From: Breznakia blatticola | GTDB lineage: Bacteria; Bacillota_I; Bacilli_A; Erysipelotrichales; Erysipelotrichaceae | Length of the DNA: 32,000 nt | Direction of reading: 5' to 3' | Assembly (NCBI RefSeq): GCF_004365815.1 | Contig: NZ_SODD01000006.1 | Coordinates: forward strand, 30,001-62,000 | In this document: piece after piece, positions 10,456 through 19,697 of the stretch | Layout of the letters: every line of letters starts with the position of its first letter | Position numbering within the stretch: position 1 is the first letter of the stretch | The notes under the pieces: generated by a model | The model's input: only the letters and a program-made list of their open reading frames with translations | What the model was told of the DNA's origin: nothing | Databases searched by the model: none | Translations under genes and position numbers: made by a program

Positions 10456-11658
10456 ATGATAAAACGACCAATATATTTAAATTGGCTGATTCAGTCTAAA
10501 GATAATGAGTTTGTAAAAGTGATTACTGGAGTTAGAAGATCTGGTAAATCTGTTCTTTTAAGTTTATACAAAGACTTTTTAATTGAGACAGGAATCAACA
10601 CCAAAAACATTATATATTTGAATTTCGAGCATCCCGACAACTTTAAATTCAATGACTCTACACTACTTTATGAGTATCTACAAGAAGCAGTAAGTAATCG
10701 CAAAGGTAAAATTTATTTTATGTTTGATGAAATTCAAGAAGTACATAATTGGCAAAAACTAGTGAATGGTCTTCGTGTTGCCTTTGATTCAGATATTTAC
10801 ATTACTGGTTCTAATGCCAATTTACTTTCGGGAGAATTAGCAACATATCTTGCCGGAAGATATATTGAATTACAAGTTTATCCATTTTCGTTCAAAGAAT
10901 TTAAGCAGTATCACGATATATTAAATCAAAACAGTGCTATAGATATCGATCATTTATTTAATGAATATCTTGAATGGGGCGGATTTGCTATGTTGCAAAG
11001 TATTCAGGACAAAACAATTAAATCTGATATACTTGATGGAATCTATACCAGCATTATCTTAAAGGATGTTGCCGCCCGTGATCAAATAAGAGAGATTAGT
11101 TTGCTAGAACGTCTTGTCAATTATTTACTAGACGTGATTGGATCAAAAGTTTCTATTAAGAAAATTGCTGACACACTAAATTCTGAAGGTTTAAAAACTA
11201 GTTCTAATATTATTGATAAATATATTAAACTTTTAAAAGATTCTTTTGTTTTTTATGAAGCCCAACGTTATGATATTCGTGGTAAACAAAGACTAAAAAC
11301 GCAAGCAAAATATTATATCGTTGACACTGGTTTACGAAATAATTCACTAAAAAGAGTTGGTAATTTAGGCTCTCAGTTGGAAAACATAATTTATATTGAA
11401 CTAAAACGAAGAGGATATGAAGTTTTTGTAGGAAAACTAGATGATAGCGAAGTTGATTTCGTATGTTTTAAAGATGGTTTGGTTGAATATTATCAAGTTG
11501 CTTATCAGTTACCTCAAAACGATACACGCGAACAAAAATCCTTATTGCATATTGCAGACAACTACAAGAAAACGATTATAACACTAAATCGCATGGATAC
11601 AGGAATAGTTGATGGAATACCCGTCATTCACGCTATCGATTGGTTACTAAATAATTAA
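10456..11658 (+). CDS. AAA+ superfamily ATPase with DUF4143-type C-terminal domain (COG1373-like)
   Basis: 400 aa. Walker A GVRRSGKSVLL, Walker B-like YFMFDEIQ, and a C-terminal nuclease-fold-like segment IELKRRGYEVFVGKLDDSEVDFVCFKDGLVEYYQVAY. Confidence 0.8.
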   Translation: MIKRPIYLNWLIQSKDNEFVKVITGVRRSGKSVLLSLYKDFLIETGINTKNIIYLNFEHPDNFKFNDSTLLYEYLQEAVSNRKGKIYFMFDEIQEVHNWQKLVNGLRVAFDSDIYITGSNANLLSGELATYLAGRYIELQVYPFSFKEFKQYHDILNQNSAIDIDHLFNEYLEWGGFAMLQSIQDKTIKSDILDGIYTSIILKDVAARDQIREISLLERLVNYLLDVIGSKVSIKKIADTLNSEGLKTSSNIIDKYIKLLKDSFVFYEAQRYDIRGKQRLKTQAKYYIVDTGLRNNSLKRVGNLGSQLENIIYIELKRRGYEVFVGKLDDSEVDFVCFKDGLVEYYQVAYQLPQNDTREQKSLLHIADNYKKTIITLNRMDTGIVDGIPVIHAIDWLLNN

Positions 11659-11663
11659 GAAAA

Positions 11664-11695
11664 AGTGATAAACACATGTATTTGTGTCTATCACT
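11664..11695. terminator. Bidirectional terminator between the ATPase gene and tsaD
   Basis: AGTGATA-a-ACACA / TGTGT-c-TATCACT hairpin with a 6-nt loop, A-run before and T-run after. It includes the tsaD stop codon. Confidence 0.7.
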
Positions 11696-12710
11696 ATTTT
11701 TGTATATCCATAACTTTTAATGATGGTTTTGCACTTTGACTAAAATCACCAAATGCTTCATTTTTATATGCGAAGTATCCAGCAACTGCAACCATTGCTG
11801 CATTATCCGTACAAACCCATAATGGTGGAAGAATCAGTTCTTCTTTACGATCTTTGAATGCTTCATCCATCTTTTCACGCAAACGAGAGTTAGCAGCAAC
11901 TCCACCTGCTAGTAACACCTGATTTACTTCTACTGTATCAATGGCTTTTACTAGTTTATCCATGATCTCATTAAGTGCAGTTTCTTGGAAACTTGCAGCT
12001 AATGTAGCATCATCATATGTTTCCCCTTTACGTTTGCAGCGATCCACAAACTGTAAAACCCCACTTTTTAAACCACTAAAGCTTAAATCGAATTCACCTT
12101 GTGTTTTTGGTTGTGGAAGTTTATATAAAGATTCAACACCTTTTGCCAGTTTATCAATCTTTGGTCCTCCAGGGTATCCAAGATGTAATACACGAGCAAC
12201 TTTATCATATGCTTCACCGATTGCATCATCTTGTGTTTGTCCTAATATTTCATATGAATTATCATCTTTCATATACACGATTTCAGAGTGACCTCCACTT
12301 ACAACGAGTGCAAGTAGTGGAAACTTTAAATTCGTAATTAGATTATTGGCAAAGATATGCGATTTAATGTGGTGAATTGGCAAAAGTGGTTTATGATATG
12401 CCCAAGCTAATGTTTTTGCAGCTTGTACACCTACATGTAAACTACCAATTAAACCAGGCCCACGTGTATAGGCAATGGCATCTACATCGGCTACAGAGAT
12501 TCCTGCTTTTTCAACAGCTTCATCAATTACTGCAGATATTTGTTCAACATGTAAACGACTTGCCACTTCTGGTAAGACTCCACCAAATTTCTCATGGACT
12601 TCAATTTGTGTTGCAACCACATTACTTAGAATCTCTTTTCCGTTTCTAACAATGGCACAAGCACTTTCATCACATGATGATTCAATAGCTAATATTGTGA
12701 TATCTTTCAT
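11694..12710 (-). CDS. tsaD: tRNA N6-adenosine threonylcarbamoyltransferase TsaD
   Basis: ILAIESSCDES N-terminus, HHIKSH metal-binding motif, GGVAAN. The track start GTG 12719 lies inside the SD, so I use ATG 12708-12710, preceded by AGGTGA and 5 nt. Confidence 0.93.
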   Translation of the reverse strand: MKDITILAIESSCDESACAIVRNGKEILSNVVATQIEVHEKFGGVLPEVASRLHVEQISAVIDEAVEKAGISVADVDAIAYTRGPGLIGSLHVGVQAAKTLAWAYHKPLLPIHHIKSHIFANNLITNLKFPLLALVVSGGHSEIVYMKDDNSYEILGQTQDDAIGEAYDKVARVLHLGYPGGPKIDKLAKGVESLYKLPQPKTQGEFDLSFSGLKSGVLQFVDRCKRKGETYDDATLAASFQETALNEIMDKLVKAIDTVEVNQVLLAGGVAANSRLREKMDEAFKDRKEELILPPLWVCTDNAAMVAVAGYFAYKNEAFGDFSQSAKPSLKVMDIQK

Positions 12711-12711
12711 C

Positions 12712-13152
12712 TTATTCACCTACTAACATAACTCCCATAATACGGGCATCCTCTGTGGGATCTTTGTAATAATTCTTACGTATATCAATTTCAATAAAGT
12801 CAAGTTTCTCATAAAATGAGATTGCTTTAGCATTACTGTCTCTTACTTCTAAAAATACATGTTCGACTTCTTCATCTAAATGTTCAAACATGAATTCCAT
12901 CAACTTCTCGCCGATTCCTCTTCTTTGATATGCTGGATCTATGGCAATCTTGCACAATTGTGCACTATCAAAGGTAATCCAGTAATCAATGTAACCAACA
13001 ACTTTACCATTGTCTTTGTATACATATAAGTTTGCAACAGGACTGTCTTCAATTTCATATGTATAGTTTTCTAATGTGTAAGGTGAACTAAACACGCTAC
13101 ACTCAATTGCAAGCACTTCTGGTAAGTCATTTATTGTCATTTTCTCAATCAT
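12712..13152 (-). CDS. rimI: Ribosomal-protein-alanine N-acetyltransferase RimI (GNAT)
   Basis: 146-aa GNAT with QRRGIGEKLM acetyl-CoA motif, in the conserved tsaE-tsaB-rimI-tsaD context. ATGA overlap with tsaB. Confidence 0.85.
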   Translation of the reverse strand: MIEKMTINDLPEVLAIECSVFSSPYTLENYTYEIEDSPVANLYVYKDNGKVVGYIDYWITFDSAQLCKIAIDPAYQRRGIGEKLMEFMFEHLDEEVEHVFLEVRDSNAKAISFYEKLDFIEIDIRKNYYKDPTEDARIMGVMLVGE

Positions 13153-13730
13153 TTGAGATATGCACTTTCTTCTTTTAGATATGTTGGAATGAGCGCATGA
13201 ATATGTTCTACCTTTTGGTAGAATGGACGTAAATCCTTAAAGTTTTTTACAAAATCAGGAATAATATCAAGACTACCAATTAAACTTGCATCACCAACGA
13301 TTTGCCCACCCAACTCTTTGACTTCATCGACAGTTTTAATACCTTCTTCATGCATCTTTCCATCTTTATAACGACCATAATACACACGGTTACTTCTAGC
13401 ATCTAAGATTACATGAACATCGTCAAGTCCTGCATATAACTGCAAAGTAGATATTGTGTAAAGTGTTTTATTCATACTAGAAGTAAATACTTTAGCAATA
13501 CTCATAGCAATACGAATTCCAGTATAACTTCCTGGACCTACTGTAATTACAACTTCATCAATATCTTCAGATTGCCAGTTTACACTTTCCATTAAACTGA
13601 TTAACTCTACGAATATACTTTCGCTTTGTTTTTTCCATGCATATTCACTGTAGCTTGCAACAACTTCATCATTTTCCATTAATACTAGATTTAAATAACG
13701 ATGACTTGTATCCATACATAAGGTTTTCAT
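13149..13730 (-). CDS. tsaB: tRNA threonylcarbamoyladenosine biosynthesis protein TsaB (short form, 193 aa)
   Basis: N-terminal LCMDTS ... and GPGSYTGIRI motif, in the conserved context. Confidence 0.88.
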   Translation of the reverse strand: MKTLCMDTSHRYLNLVLMENDEVVASYSEYAWKKQSESIFVELISLMESVNWQSEDIDEVVITVGPGSYTGIRIAMSIAKVFTSSMNKTLYTISTLQLYAGLDDVHVILDARSNRVYYGRYKDGKMHEEGIKTVDEVKELGGQIVGDASLIGSLDIIPDFVKNFKDLRPFYQKVEHIHALIPTYLKEESAYLK

Positions 13731-14170
13731 TACAACACCTCTTCTATTTCTTGGTACTTCTTTCCAATTCCACTCACTTGAAACAAACGGTCTTCACCAT
13801 CAAGTGCAATATGAATCTCTAAGCGTTCAGATGGTAATACATCGTTGATGTAGTCATACCATTCCACGACTTTAATACCATTCTCATCAAATACTTCTTC
13901 AAAACCTAAGTCTTGTTGAATACCTTCCAAACGGTAAGCATCAATATGATATAACATAGGTTCTCCATCATAGATTTTAAGTATATTAAATGTTGGCGAA
14001 GTAATCACATCATCAATACCAAGTGCTTTTCCAAGCGCTTTGGTAAATGTCGTTTTCCCTGCTCCTAAATCTCCAGCCATACATATCAATCCATCACCTT
14101 CTAGCAATGTAGCAATTTTATTGGCTAAAGCATTTGTTTCTTCTATTGATTTTACTCTTACTGTTTTCAT
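13730..14170 (-). CDS. tsaE: tRNA threonylcarbamoyladenosine biosynthesis ATPase TsaE
   Basis: 146 aa with Walker A GDLGAGKTTFTK and HIDAYRL motif. Confidence 0.9.
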   Translation of the reverse strand: MKTVRVKSIEETNALANKIATLLEGDGLICMAGDLGAGKTTFTKALGKALGIDDVITSPTFNILKIYDGEPMLYHIDAYRLEGIQQDLGFEEVFDENGIKVVEWYDYINDVLPSERLEIHIALDGEDRLFQVSGIGKKYQEIEEVL

Positions 14171-14182
14171 GTGTATTCCTCA

Positions 14183-15391
14183 CTATCCATTCAATGCATG
14201 TTTTCGTTTTTCATACATTGTGTGACTTAATTTATACAATAGTGTATTTCCTGGTAAGTCAAACTCACCAATTAATTCGTTAATCATTGGGTTAAAATTA
14301 CGTTTGAACTTTGTAAGTCCATCTTGTAATGAGCCATCAATGCCACCCATGTTACATGTTTTTGCCACATGTGTAAAGCACATTGCCATAGATTCATACC
14401 ATGTTGCATATGGCGCCATATAGCGTTTAAATTCATCATTCATTCCTGCGTATAGTATTTCACTTGTATGTCCATACATCACAACTAGCGTACCAGCAAT
14501 ATACACATGTGTTCCATATACTTCAAGCCAGTGTTCTAACTCTTTACATTCACGACTTAATGATGCATCTAACTCTTCTAATGTGAAACGCTTTTTCTTT
14601 GCATTCTCTGGACAATTTGCTAGATCTTCAATATTTTTATCATGTCTAGCTTTTGTTGCTGCATAGATACTTTCCAAATCGAGTGATGCCATCATCAAAA
14701 AGGCATCATCTTTATATACATCAAGTAGTTTTCTAAAGTATGATTCACCACGCAAAGCAATTTGTTTGCGCTCAGTTGTAAGATCCATTAGTTTACTAAA
14801 TTCTCCTACTTTTTCTACACCACATTTTTCTACTTTTACTTGTTTTTTAGCAGCAGTTGCTAGCATTTTTTTAGTACTCTTTGAAAATGTCTCAGGATCA
14901 AATTCACTTTGATATACATTGGCTTGAAATCTTGGTTGAATTGTTGAAGACATATCTTTTGAAAATCCTTGATGAATAAGTCCTGCTTTTTTTGCATTCT
15001 TCATAATTTTATCAATATTGGCTTCTACTTGTGGCTGTTCACCCAAGTGAAAATCTTGATAGTGAATAGCTGGATCCATCTTTACAAATAAACAGCGTTT
15101 CTTTTTAGCAAATTTACGTAATTCTTGAAAGAAGTATGTAACTAAGCGCTCATCTGTATAATCTAAAATTGGTCCACGAGGTGTATACATCATCGTAAAT
15201 CCTAATGGAAGTTGTTTAATTAGTACTAGTGATGAAGCAACCAGTGTTTTATCATCAAAAACACCAACAAAGACATGATCCCAATTTTCTTTTACTTTTG
15301 CCCATGAAGCAGACTGCAGTAAATTACAAAGCTCATGATTTTTTACAAACACATCATGTGTGATTGCATCAATTTGTTTAAACTGATACAC
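14183..15391 (-). CDS. FemAB-family peptidoglycan interpeptide-bridge aminoacyltransferase
   Basis: 402 aa. The N-terminus (HELCNLLQSASWAKVKENW) and overall length are typical of FemX/MurM. GTG start supported by GGAGGA 6 nt upstream. Confidence 0.8.
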   Translation of the reverse strand: MYQFKQIDAITHDVFVKNHELCNLLQSASWAKVKENWDHVFVGVFDDKTLVASSLVLIKQLPLGFTMMYTPRGPILDYTDERLVTYFFQELRKFAKKKRCLFVKMDPAIHYQDFHLGEQPQVEANIDKIMKNAKKAGLIHQGFSKDMSSTIQPRFQANVYQSEFDPETFSKSTKKMLATAAKKQVKVEKCGVEKVGEFSKLMDLTTERKQIALRGESYFRKLLDVYKDDAFLMMASLDLESIYAATKARHDKNIEDLANCPENAKKKRFTLEELDASLSRECKELEHWLEVYGTHVYIAGTLVVMYGHTSEILYAGMNDEFKRYMAPYATWYESMAMCFTHVAKTCNMGGIDGSLQDGLTKFKRNFNPMINELIGEFDLPGNTLLYKLSHTMYEKRKHALNG

Positions 15392-15932
15392 GTCGATTCC
15401 TCCATTCTTCTTTCATAATGAGATATTTATTATACAATCTCTCAATTTCACGATGATCAAAAGGTGATTCTTTTCGATCAATTCGTTGCTGTAAATCTCT
15501 TAATTCTTTCCAAATCACAGTATCTAATTCTTTGGAATAATGCATCTTAGCACCATGTTCTTCATATTCATCTTCATCAAGTAAGGTTTGTTCGTAAGTG
15601 TTACTTACTTTGATATCTAAATCATAGTCAATATTTTTGATAGCTTCCCCATCATAAATACTTGGACTGGCTAAGTTACAATAGTAAAACACACCATGCT
15701 TACGAATCATACTAATGACATTATACCAATGGTTTGGATAGAAAAAACAAATTGCTGGTTCTCTAGTTAACCATTTACGTCCATCAGCTTCCACTACATA
15801 GGCACGATCAGTTATCGCAACAATTCTATCTTTATTAGATTCTATGACAAAAGCTTTCGACCATGTGCGGTGAATACTTCCGTCATGTTTATAGCTTTGG
15901 ATATATACATACTCATTTTCTTTTGGTAACAT
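15378..15932 (-). CDS. DUF402 (UPF0374) nucleoside tri/diphosphate phosphatase-like protein
   Basis: 184 aa. YKHDGSIHRTW ... YCNLASP ... DYDLDIKV pattern of the YgaC/Ntdp family. Confidence 0.75.
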   Translation of the reverse strand: MLPKENEYVYIQSYKHDGSIHRTWSKAFVIESNKDRIVAITDRAYVVEADGRKWLTREPAICFFYPNHWYNVISMIRKHGVFYYCNLASPSIYDGEAIKNIDYDLDIKVSNTYEQTLLDEDEYEEHGAKMHYSKELDTVIWKELRDLQQRIDRKESPFDHREIERLYNKYLIMKEEWRNRRVSV

Positions 15933-15953
15933 ACTTCACTTCCTAACTGATTT

Positions 15954-15962
15954 ATTATACCA
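15954..15962 (-). promoter_or_regulatory. Extended -10 (TGgTATAAT) for the DUF402-femAB-tsaEB-rimI-tsaD operon
   Basis: ATTATACCA on the plus strand reads TGGTATAAT on the minus strand, about 22 nt upstream of the DUF402 start. Confidence 0.5.
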
Positions 15963-16026
15963 CTAACAACATCATATTTCACTGTTATATCTATACAAGA
16001 AATTTGATTTGTTGTAGTATACCTAT

Positions 16027-16479
16027 ATGGAAAAGAATTTACTACTCGCACAATTTCGTGCAATCACAGAAGACATCACTGAAGAAATATCGCTTTTAAG
16101 TAATGCAAGTGCATGTATGATGCAATTACTTGAAGATATTAGTTGGGTTGGCTTCTATTTATATAAACATGACAATTTGATTTTAGGGCCTTTTCAAGGA
16201 AAAGTTGCATGCACAAACATTGCAATGAATAAAGGTGTTTGCGGAACAAGTGCATACAAACAAGAAACACTTGTAGTTGAAGATGTCCACAAATTCCCAG
16301 GACATATCGCTTGTGATAGTGCTTCAAACTCAGAAATTGTTGTCCCTATTATTGTCAATGATACACTTTATGGTGTACTTGATGTAGACTCTACAAGCTT
16401 TGCACGATTTAAAGAAGACGAAAAAGAATTATTTGAAGGATTTGTTGAAATTCTTGTCAACCAACTTGAACAACTATAA
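16027..16479 (+). CDS. GAF-domain protein, free methionine-(R)-sulfoxide reductase type (YtsP/MsrC-like)
   Basis: 150 aa with conserved Cys contexts KVACT, KGVCGT and HIACD, as in fRMsr GAF proteins. Confidence 0.75.
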   Translation: MEKNLLLAQFRAITEDITEEISLLSNASACMMQLLEDISWVGFYLYKHDNLILGPFQGKVACTNIAMNKGVCGTSAYKQETLVVEDVHKFPGHIACDSASNSEIVVPIIVNDTLYGVLDVDSTSFARFKEDEKELFEGFVEILVNQLEQL

Positions 16480-16483
16480 AAGA

Positions 16484-16526
16484 AACCAGAAATGATTACG
16501 TGTTATACACATTCTCATTTCTGGTT
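16484..16526. terminator. Bidirectional terminator between the GAF gene and the AAC(3)-family gene
   Basis: 12-bp perfect stem AACCAGAAATGA / TCATTTCTGGTT followed by TTTTATTTT. It is flush with the stop of the minus-strand gene. Confidence 0.8.
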
Positions 16527-17342
16527 TTATTTTGAATAAAAGTAAGCTTTCGATAAACTTAGTGCTTCTTTGGCACTAAAGAAACGACATCTTGCTCGTG
16601 AAATCAAAGTTTCATTAACAATTTGACGTTCTTCTAGTATATCTTCGATATCCCGTATATTAATAGGTTCATATGCATAATCTAGCATTTGCATGAACCC
16701 TTTTTTTCCTTTGCGATCTAATGGACTTGATACAATTCGAATCGGTGTATTTTCATCATTGATTCTAGCAGCCTTAAATATATCTGCCCCCTCATATTTC
16801 ATCCCTAGCAATAAAACATATCCATTTAATTCTGCCATTCTTTGAATCGGTGAATTTGACTGTAATGGAAAGTGTAATAGTTGTTTATCACATAGTAGTT
16901 TCGCATATTTTCCCCATGCAACAAACGAATGTGTTGGATGATTGGAACGATATACTCCATCATGCATCATCATCTGGTTAGCAAGTTGATTTCGTGATTG
17001 CGATAACTTTTTATTAAATGCCGGTATTGATTCACGTAAAACTTCAACTTGATATGGTTTACACGCACGTGAATCACGATTTAATGGATCCACATTATCC
17101 AGAGTAAAGCTACTTGTCATAAAGGTACCTTCATATCCAAGGACTTCTTGTAAGGCTTCAATGATACTACGATTGCCACCAACAACATATGAAAAATATT
17201 CCAATGCGCTTTGGACGTAGACGACCATTCCTTTTTGCAAACCAAGCGTACGAAAATGTTCCACTAAATCATCTTTTGTGATTACATTTTCACCAATTAG
17301 TTTCCGCTCAGAATCCCTTGTGATATTAACCATTGTTTCCAT
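16527..17342 (-). CDS. AAC(3)-family aminoglycoside N3-acetyltransferase-like protein (YokD-like)
   Basis: 271 aa. LGLQKGMVVYVQSAL ... VVGGNRSIIEALQEVLGYEGTFMTSSFT matches the family N-terminal signature. AAGGAG lies 8 nt upstream of the ATG. Confidence 0.75.
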   Translation of the reverse strand: METMVNITRDSERKLIGENVITKDDLVEHFRTLGLQKGMVVYVQSALEYFSYVVGGNRSIIEALQEVLGYEGTFMTSSFTLDNVDPLNRDSRACKPYQVEVLRESIPAFNKKLSQSRNQLANQMMMHDGVYRSNHPTHSFVAWGKYAKLLCDKQLLHFPLQSNSPIQRMAELNGYVLLLGMKYEGADIFKAARINDENTPIRIVSSPLDRKGKKGFMQMLDYAYEPINIRDIEDILEERQIVNETLISRARCRFFSAKEALSLSKAYFYSK

Positions 17343-17692
17343 TCATTAGGCTCCTTACTATACTCGTATACTCCATCACTTACAACTTCACCAGAACGTA
17401 TATGAAACATTACTGGCCAACTATCATATCCAGATAAGGCATGTTCTAGTTGGTTTTCAAATGCATCATTTACATCCGTTTCATTAAACGTATATAGCAC
17501 AACATTATTTTCTTTGAATTCATCGATAATCAATTCTTCAAATTCTTGACACGCACTACTGCCATCGTAAGTTATCAATAACAGAAAATCTTCTCCATTA
17601 TTGACCTTTTCTAAAATCTGCTCTTCACCAATACTGACAAATGAATATTCATCTTTTTTTGACAGCCTGTGATAAGCATAAAACACACACAA
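17297..17692 (-). CDS. Thioredoxin-fold protein with a single Cys (SSAC in place of WCxxC); start uncertain (TTG)
   Basis: FLLLITYDGSSACQEFEELI ... VLYTFNETDV ... SWPVMFHIRSGEVV follows the thioredoxin beta-alpha-beta ... cis-Pro ... beta-beta pattern. The only available start is TTG, 5 codons after the upstream stop, with a weak SD. Confidence 0.5.
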   Translation of the reverse strand: MCVFYAYHRLSKKDEYSFVSIGEEQILEKVNNGEDFLLLITYDGSSACQEFEELIIDEFKENNVVLYTFNETDVNDAFENQLEHALSGYDSWPVMFHIRSGEVVSDGVYEYSKEPNEWKQWLISQGILSGN

Positions 17693-17707
17693 ACTATTCC
17701 AAATAGC

Positions 17708-18208
17708 TTATAGCGCATCTTCTTCCACCGCAACTTCGCGTTGATTATGCGCAATTCGGCTTGCTGCACTTGCTGCAATTGCACCTACGATATCATCTAA
17801 AAATGTGTGACAAATATCTGGATTTTCTTTGTGATCATTTAATTCTTTTATAATACCAAACTTATCTTTATCAATAAAACCAAAGTTTGTTAGTGCAATT
17901 GAACCATATAAGTTACAAATACCATAAGCTAGTACCTCATCAATTCCATATAATGATTCATCACGATTGATAATATCATCCAACATCGTATCTTCCAAGA
18001 TATGTTGTTCTGCTGCTTTGTCTAAAGCAATTCCTGTCATAATCGCATGTTGAACTTCACGTTTACGAATAATACTTTTTACTGTTTCGGTTACATCATC
18101 ATTACTAATCCCCGTTTGATGATCTTTTTGTAAATACATAACACAATCGTTGATGTCTTGAATTGTAACTCCACGTTCTTCTAATAATGCTATACAGTGT
18201 TCAAACAT
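17708..18208 (-). CDS. Phosphatidylglycerophosphatase A-family protein (B. subtilis YutG-like)
   Basis: 166 aa. KREVQHAIMTGIALDK, LYGIDEVLAYGICNLYGSIALTNFGFIDKDKFGII and HTFLDDIVGAIAASAASRIAH are collinear with YutG as I recall it. Confidence 0.75.
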   Translation of the reverse strand: MFEHCIALLEERGVTIQDINDCVMYLQKDHQTGISNDDVTETVKSIIRKREVQHAIMTGIALDKAAEQHILEDTMLDDIINRDESLYGIDEVLAYGICNLYGSIALTNFGFIDKDKFGIIKELNDHKENPDICHTFLDDIVGAIAASAASRIAHNQREVAVEEDAL

Positions 18209-18311
18209 ATAAATCCCCTTTTTATTCTCTCCTTACTATTATACATGACTTTTTACATTTATGAGTGATAAATATTAAGGAAAAGAAGTCGAATTCAATT
18301 CAACTTCTTGC

Positions 18312-19664
18312 TTAGGTTATAAGTTTTCGATTCATCCATTTTCCACTACGATATCGCAAATAGAAACATGTACTTCTCAGTAGCCAATCAACTAACATTC
18401 CAATATATACTGCTTCAATTCGTAAATGGAAAAATCCAGTCAAGAAATAAGCTAAGAATACACGACATGTAAACATTGAGATAATTGAAACCACCATTGT
18501 GAATTTGGCATCATTACTAGCACGAAGTGCATTAGGAAACGCAAACGCCATATTCCAAAGTACAATATTTCCTACTGCCATCATCATAATTAGTACATCT
18601 GCAATTCTCATCGTTTCATTACTTAATGAATAGAGTTGAAACATTGGCTGTTTTAAAACGACAAACAGCAACGATGATGCTGCCGTTGTTACATAGGCAT
18701 ATCCCATGAGTTTTCGAATATAGAATTTGGCTTGGTCATAATCATTTGCACCTACACATCGTCCAACTACTGGAATTAATGCAAGTCCAATGGCTGCTCC
18801 AGGTACGATCATAAACGAACTAAAGTTTCCAATAACCGCATTCGCTGCAATACTTGCTGCACCAAATGTAGAAACTAATGATTGCACAATAATTTTTCCA
18901 CCTTGGAAAATCCCATTTTCAAATCCTGATGGAATTGCAATACTTAAAATACGCTTCACCATTTGCCAATCAAAACGATAATCTTTTAGATGTTTCACAT
19001 ATAGTGGTAGACTATCATCATTTAATCGTCTAGTGATTAATATAGAACCAATGATACGACTCAACAATGTAGATAACGCTGCTCCTGCAACTCCCCAACC
19101 AAAACCAAAGATAAAGAGAGTATTCCCACAAACATTTAACCCATTCATCAATAAGGAAGTACGCATTGAAATACGTGAGTTCCCCATCGATCTAAAAATT
19201 GCTGCTCCACCATTATATAGAGCAATAAAAGGATATCCTAATGCAGATATAAAGAAATACACCATTGCATGTTCCATAATTTCTTTACCCACATCACCAA
19301 AGATTGTCCGTAAGATACTTCCTTCAAAAACAATGACAAGCACAGCAACAACAATCGCAATACCGGTTGCTACAAATAATAGTTGTTTACATGCTTCTCT
19401 TGCTTTTTTATCATTGTTCTTTCCAAGGTACTGACTTGCCACAACTGCTCCACCTGTCGCAAGTGCTGCAAAGATATTAATTAGTAAAATATTAATTGTC
19501 TCTACTAAAGCAAGTCCACTTACTGCATTTTCACCAACTGAAGATACCATGATGGTATCGATGGCTCCAACGGAAATAGAAAGCAACTGTTCCACCATTA
19601 AAGGTAGGATCAGTTGCCGTAATTGAATATTATCAAAAAAGTAATGACTCGGTGTTTTTTTCAT
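18312..19664 (-). CDS. MATE-family efflux transporter
   Basis: 450 aa, 12-TM type with a typical MATE N-terminus (LILPLMVEQLLSISVGAIDTIMVS ... ATGGAVVASQYLG). Confidence 0.88.
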   Translation of the reverse strand: MKKTPSHYFFDNIQLRQLILPLMVEQLLSISVGAIDTIMVSSVGENAVSGLALVETINILLINIFAALATGGAVVASQYLGKNNDKKAREACKQLLFVATGIAIVVAVLVIVFEGSILRTIFGDVGKEIMEHAMVYFFISALGYPFIALYNGGAAIFRSMGNSRISMRTSLLMNGLNVCGNTLFIFGFGWGVAGAALSTLLSRIIGSILITRRLNDDSLPLYVKHLKDYRFDWQMVKRILSIAIPSGFENGIFQGGKIIVQSLVSTFGAASIAANAVIGNFSSFMIVPGAAIGLALIPVVGRCVGANDYDQAKFYIRKLMGYAYVTTAASSLLFVVLKQPMFQLYSLSNETMRIADVLIMMMAVGNIVLWNMAFAFPNALRASNDAKFTMVVSIISMFTCRVFLAYFLTGFFHLRIEAVYIGMLVDWLLRSTCFYLRYRSGKWMNRKLIT

Positions 19665-19697
19665 ACTCGATATTATACACCGACTTTAACAATTGTA

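Noticed and set aside
12711-12719. GTG start of tsaD in the track; likewise GTG 28018 for adh and ATG 30747 for man-EIIA
   Set aside because: In each case the alternative start sits inside or on top of the SD sequence that serves a downstream ATG, and the downstream ATG yields the family-typical N-terminus.
17693-17710. Programmed stop-codon read-through fusing the yutG-like protein to the thioredoxin-fold ORF
   Set aside because: Being in frame has a one-in-three chance expectation. The stop is a TAA, and I see no read-through context or structure. It is noted only as a curiosity within the related finding.
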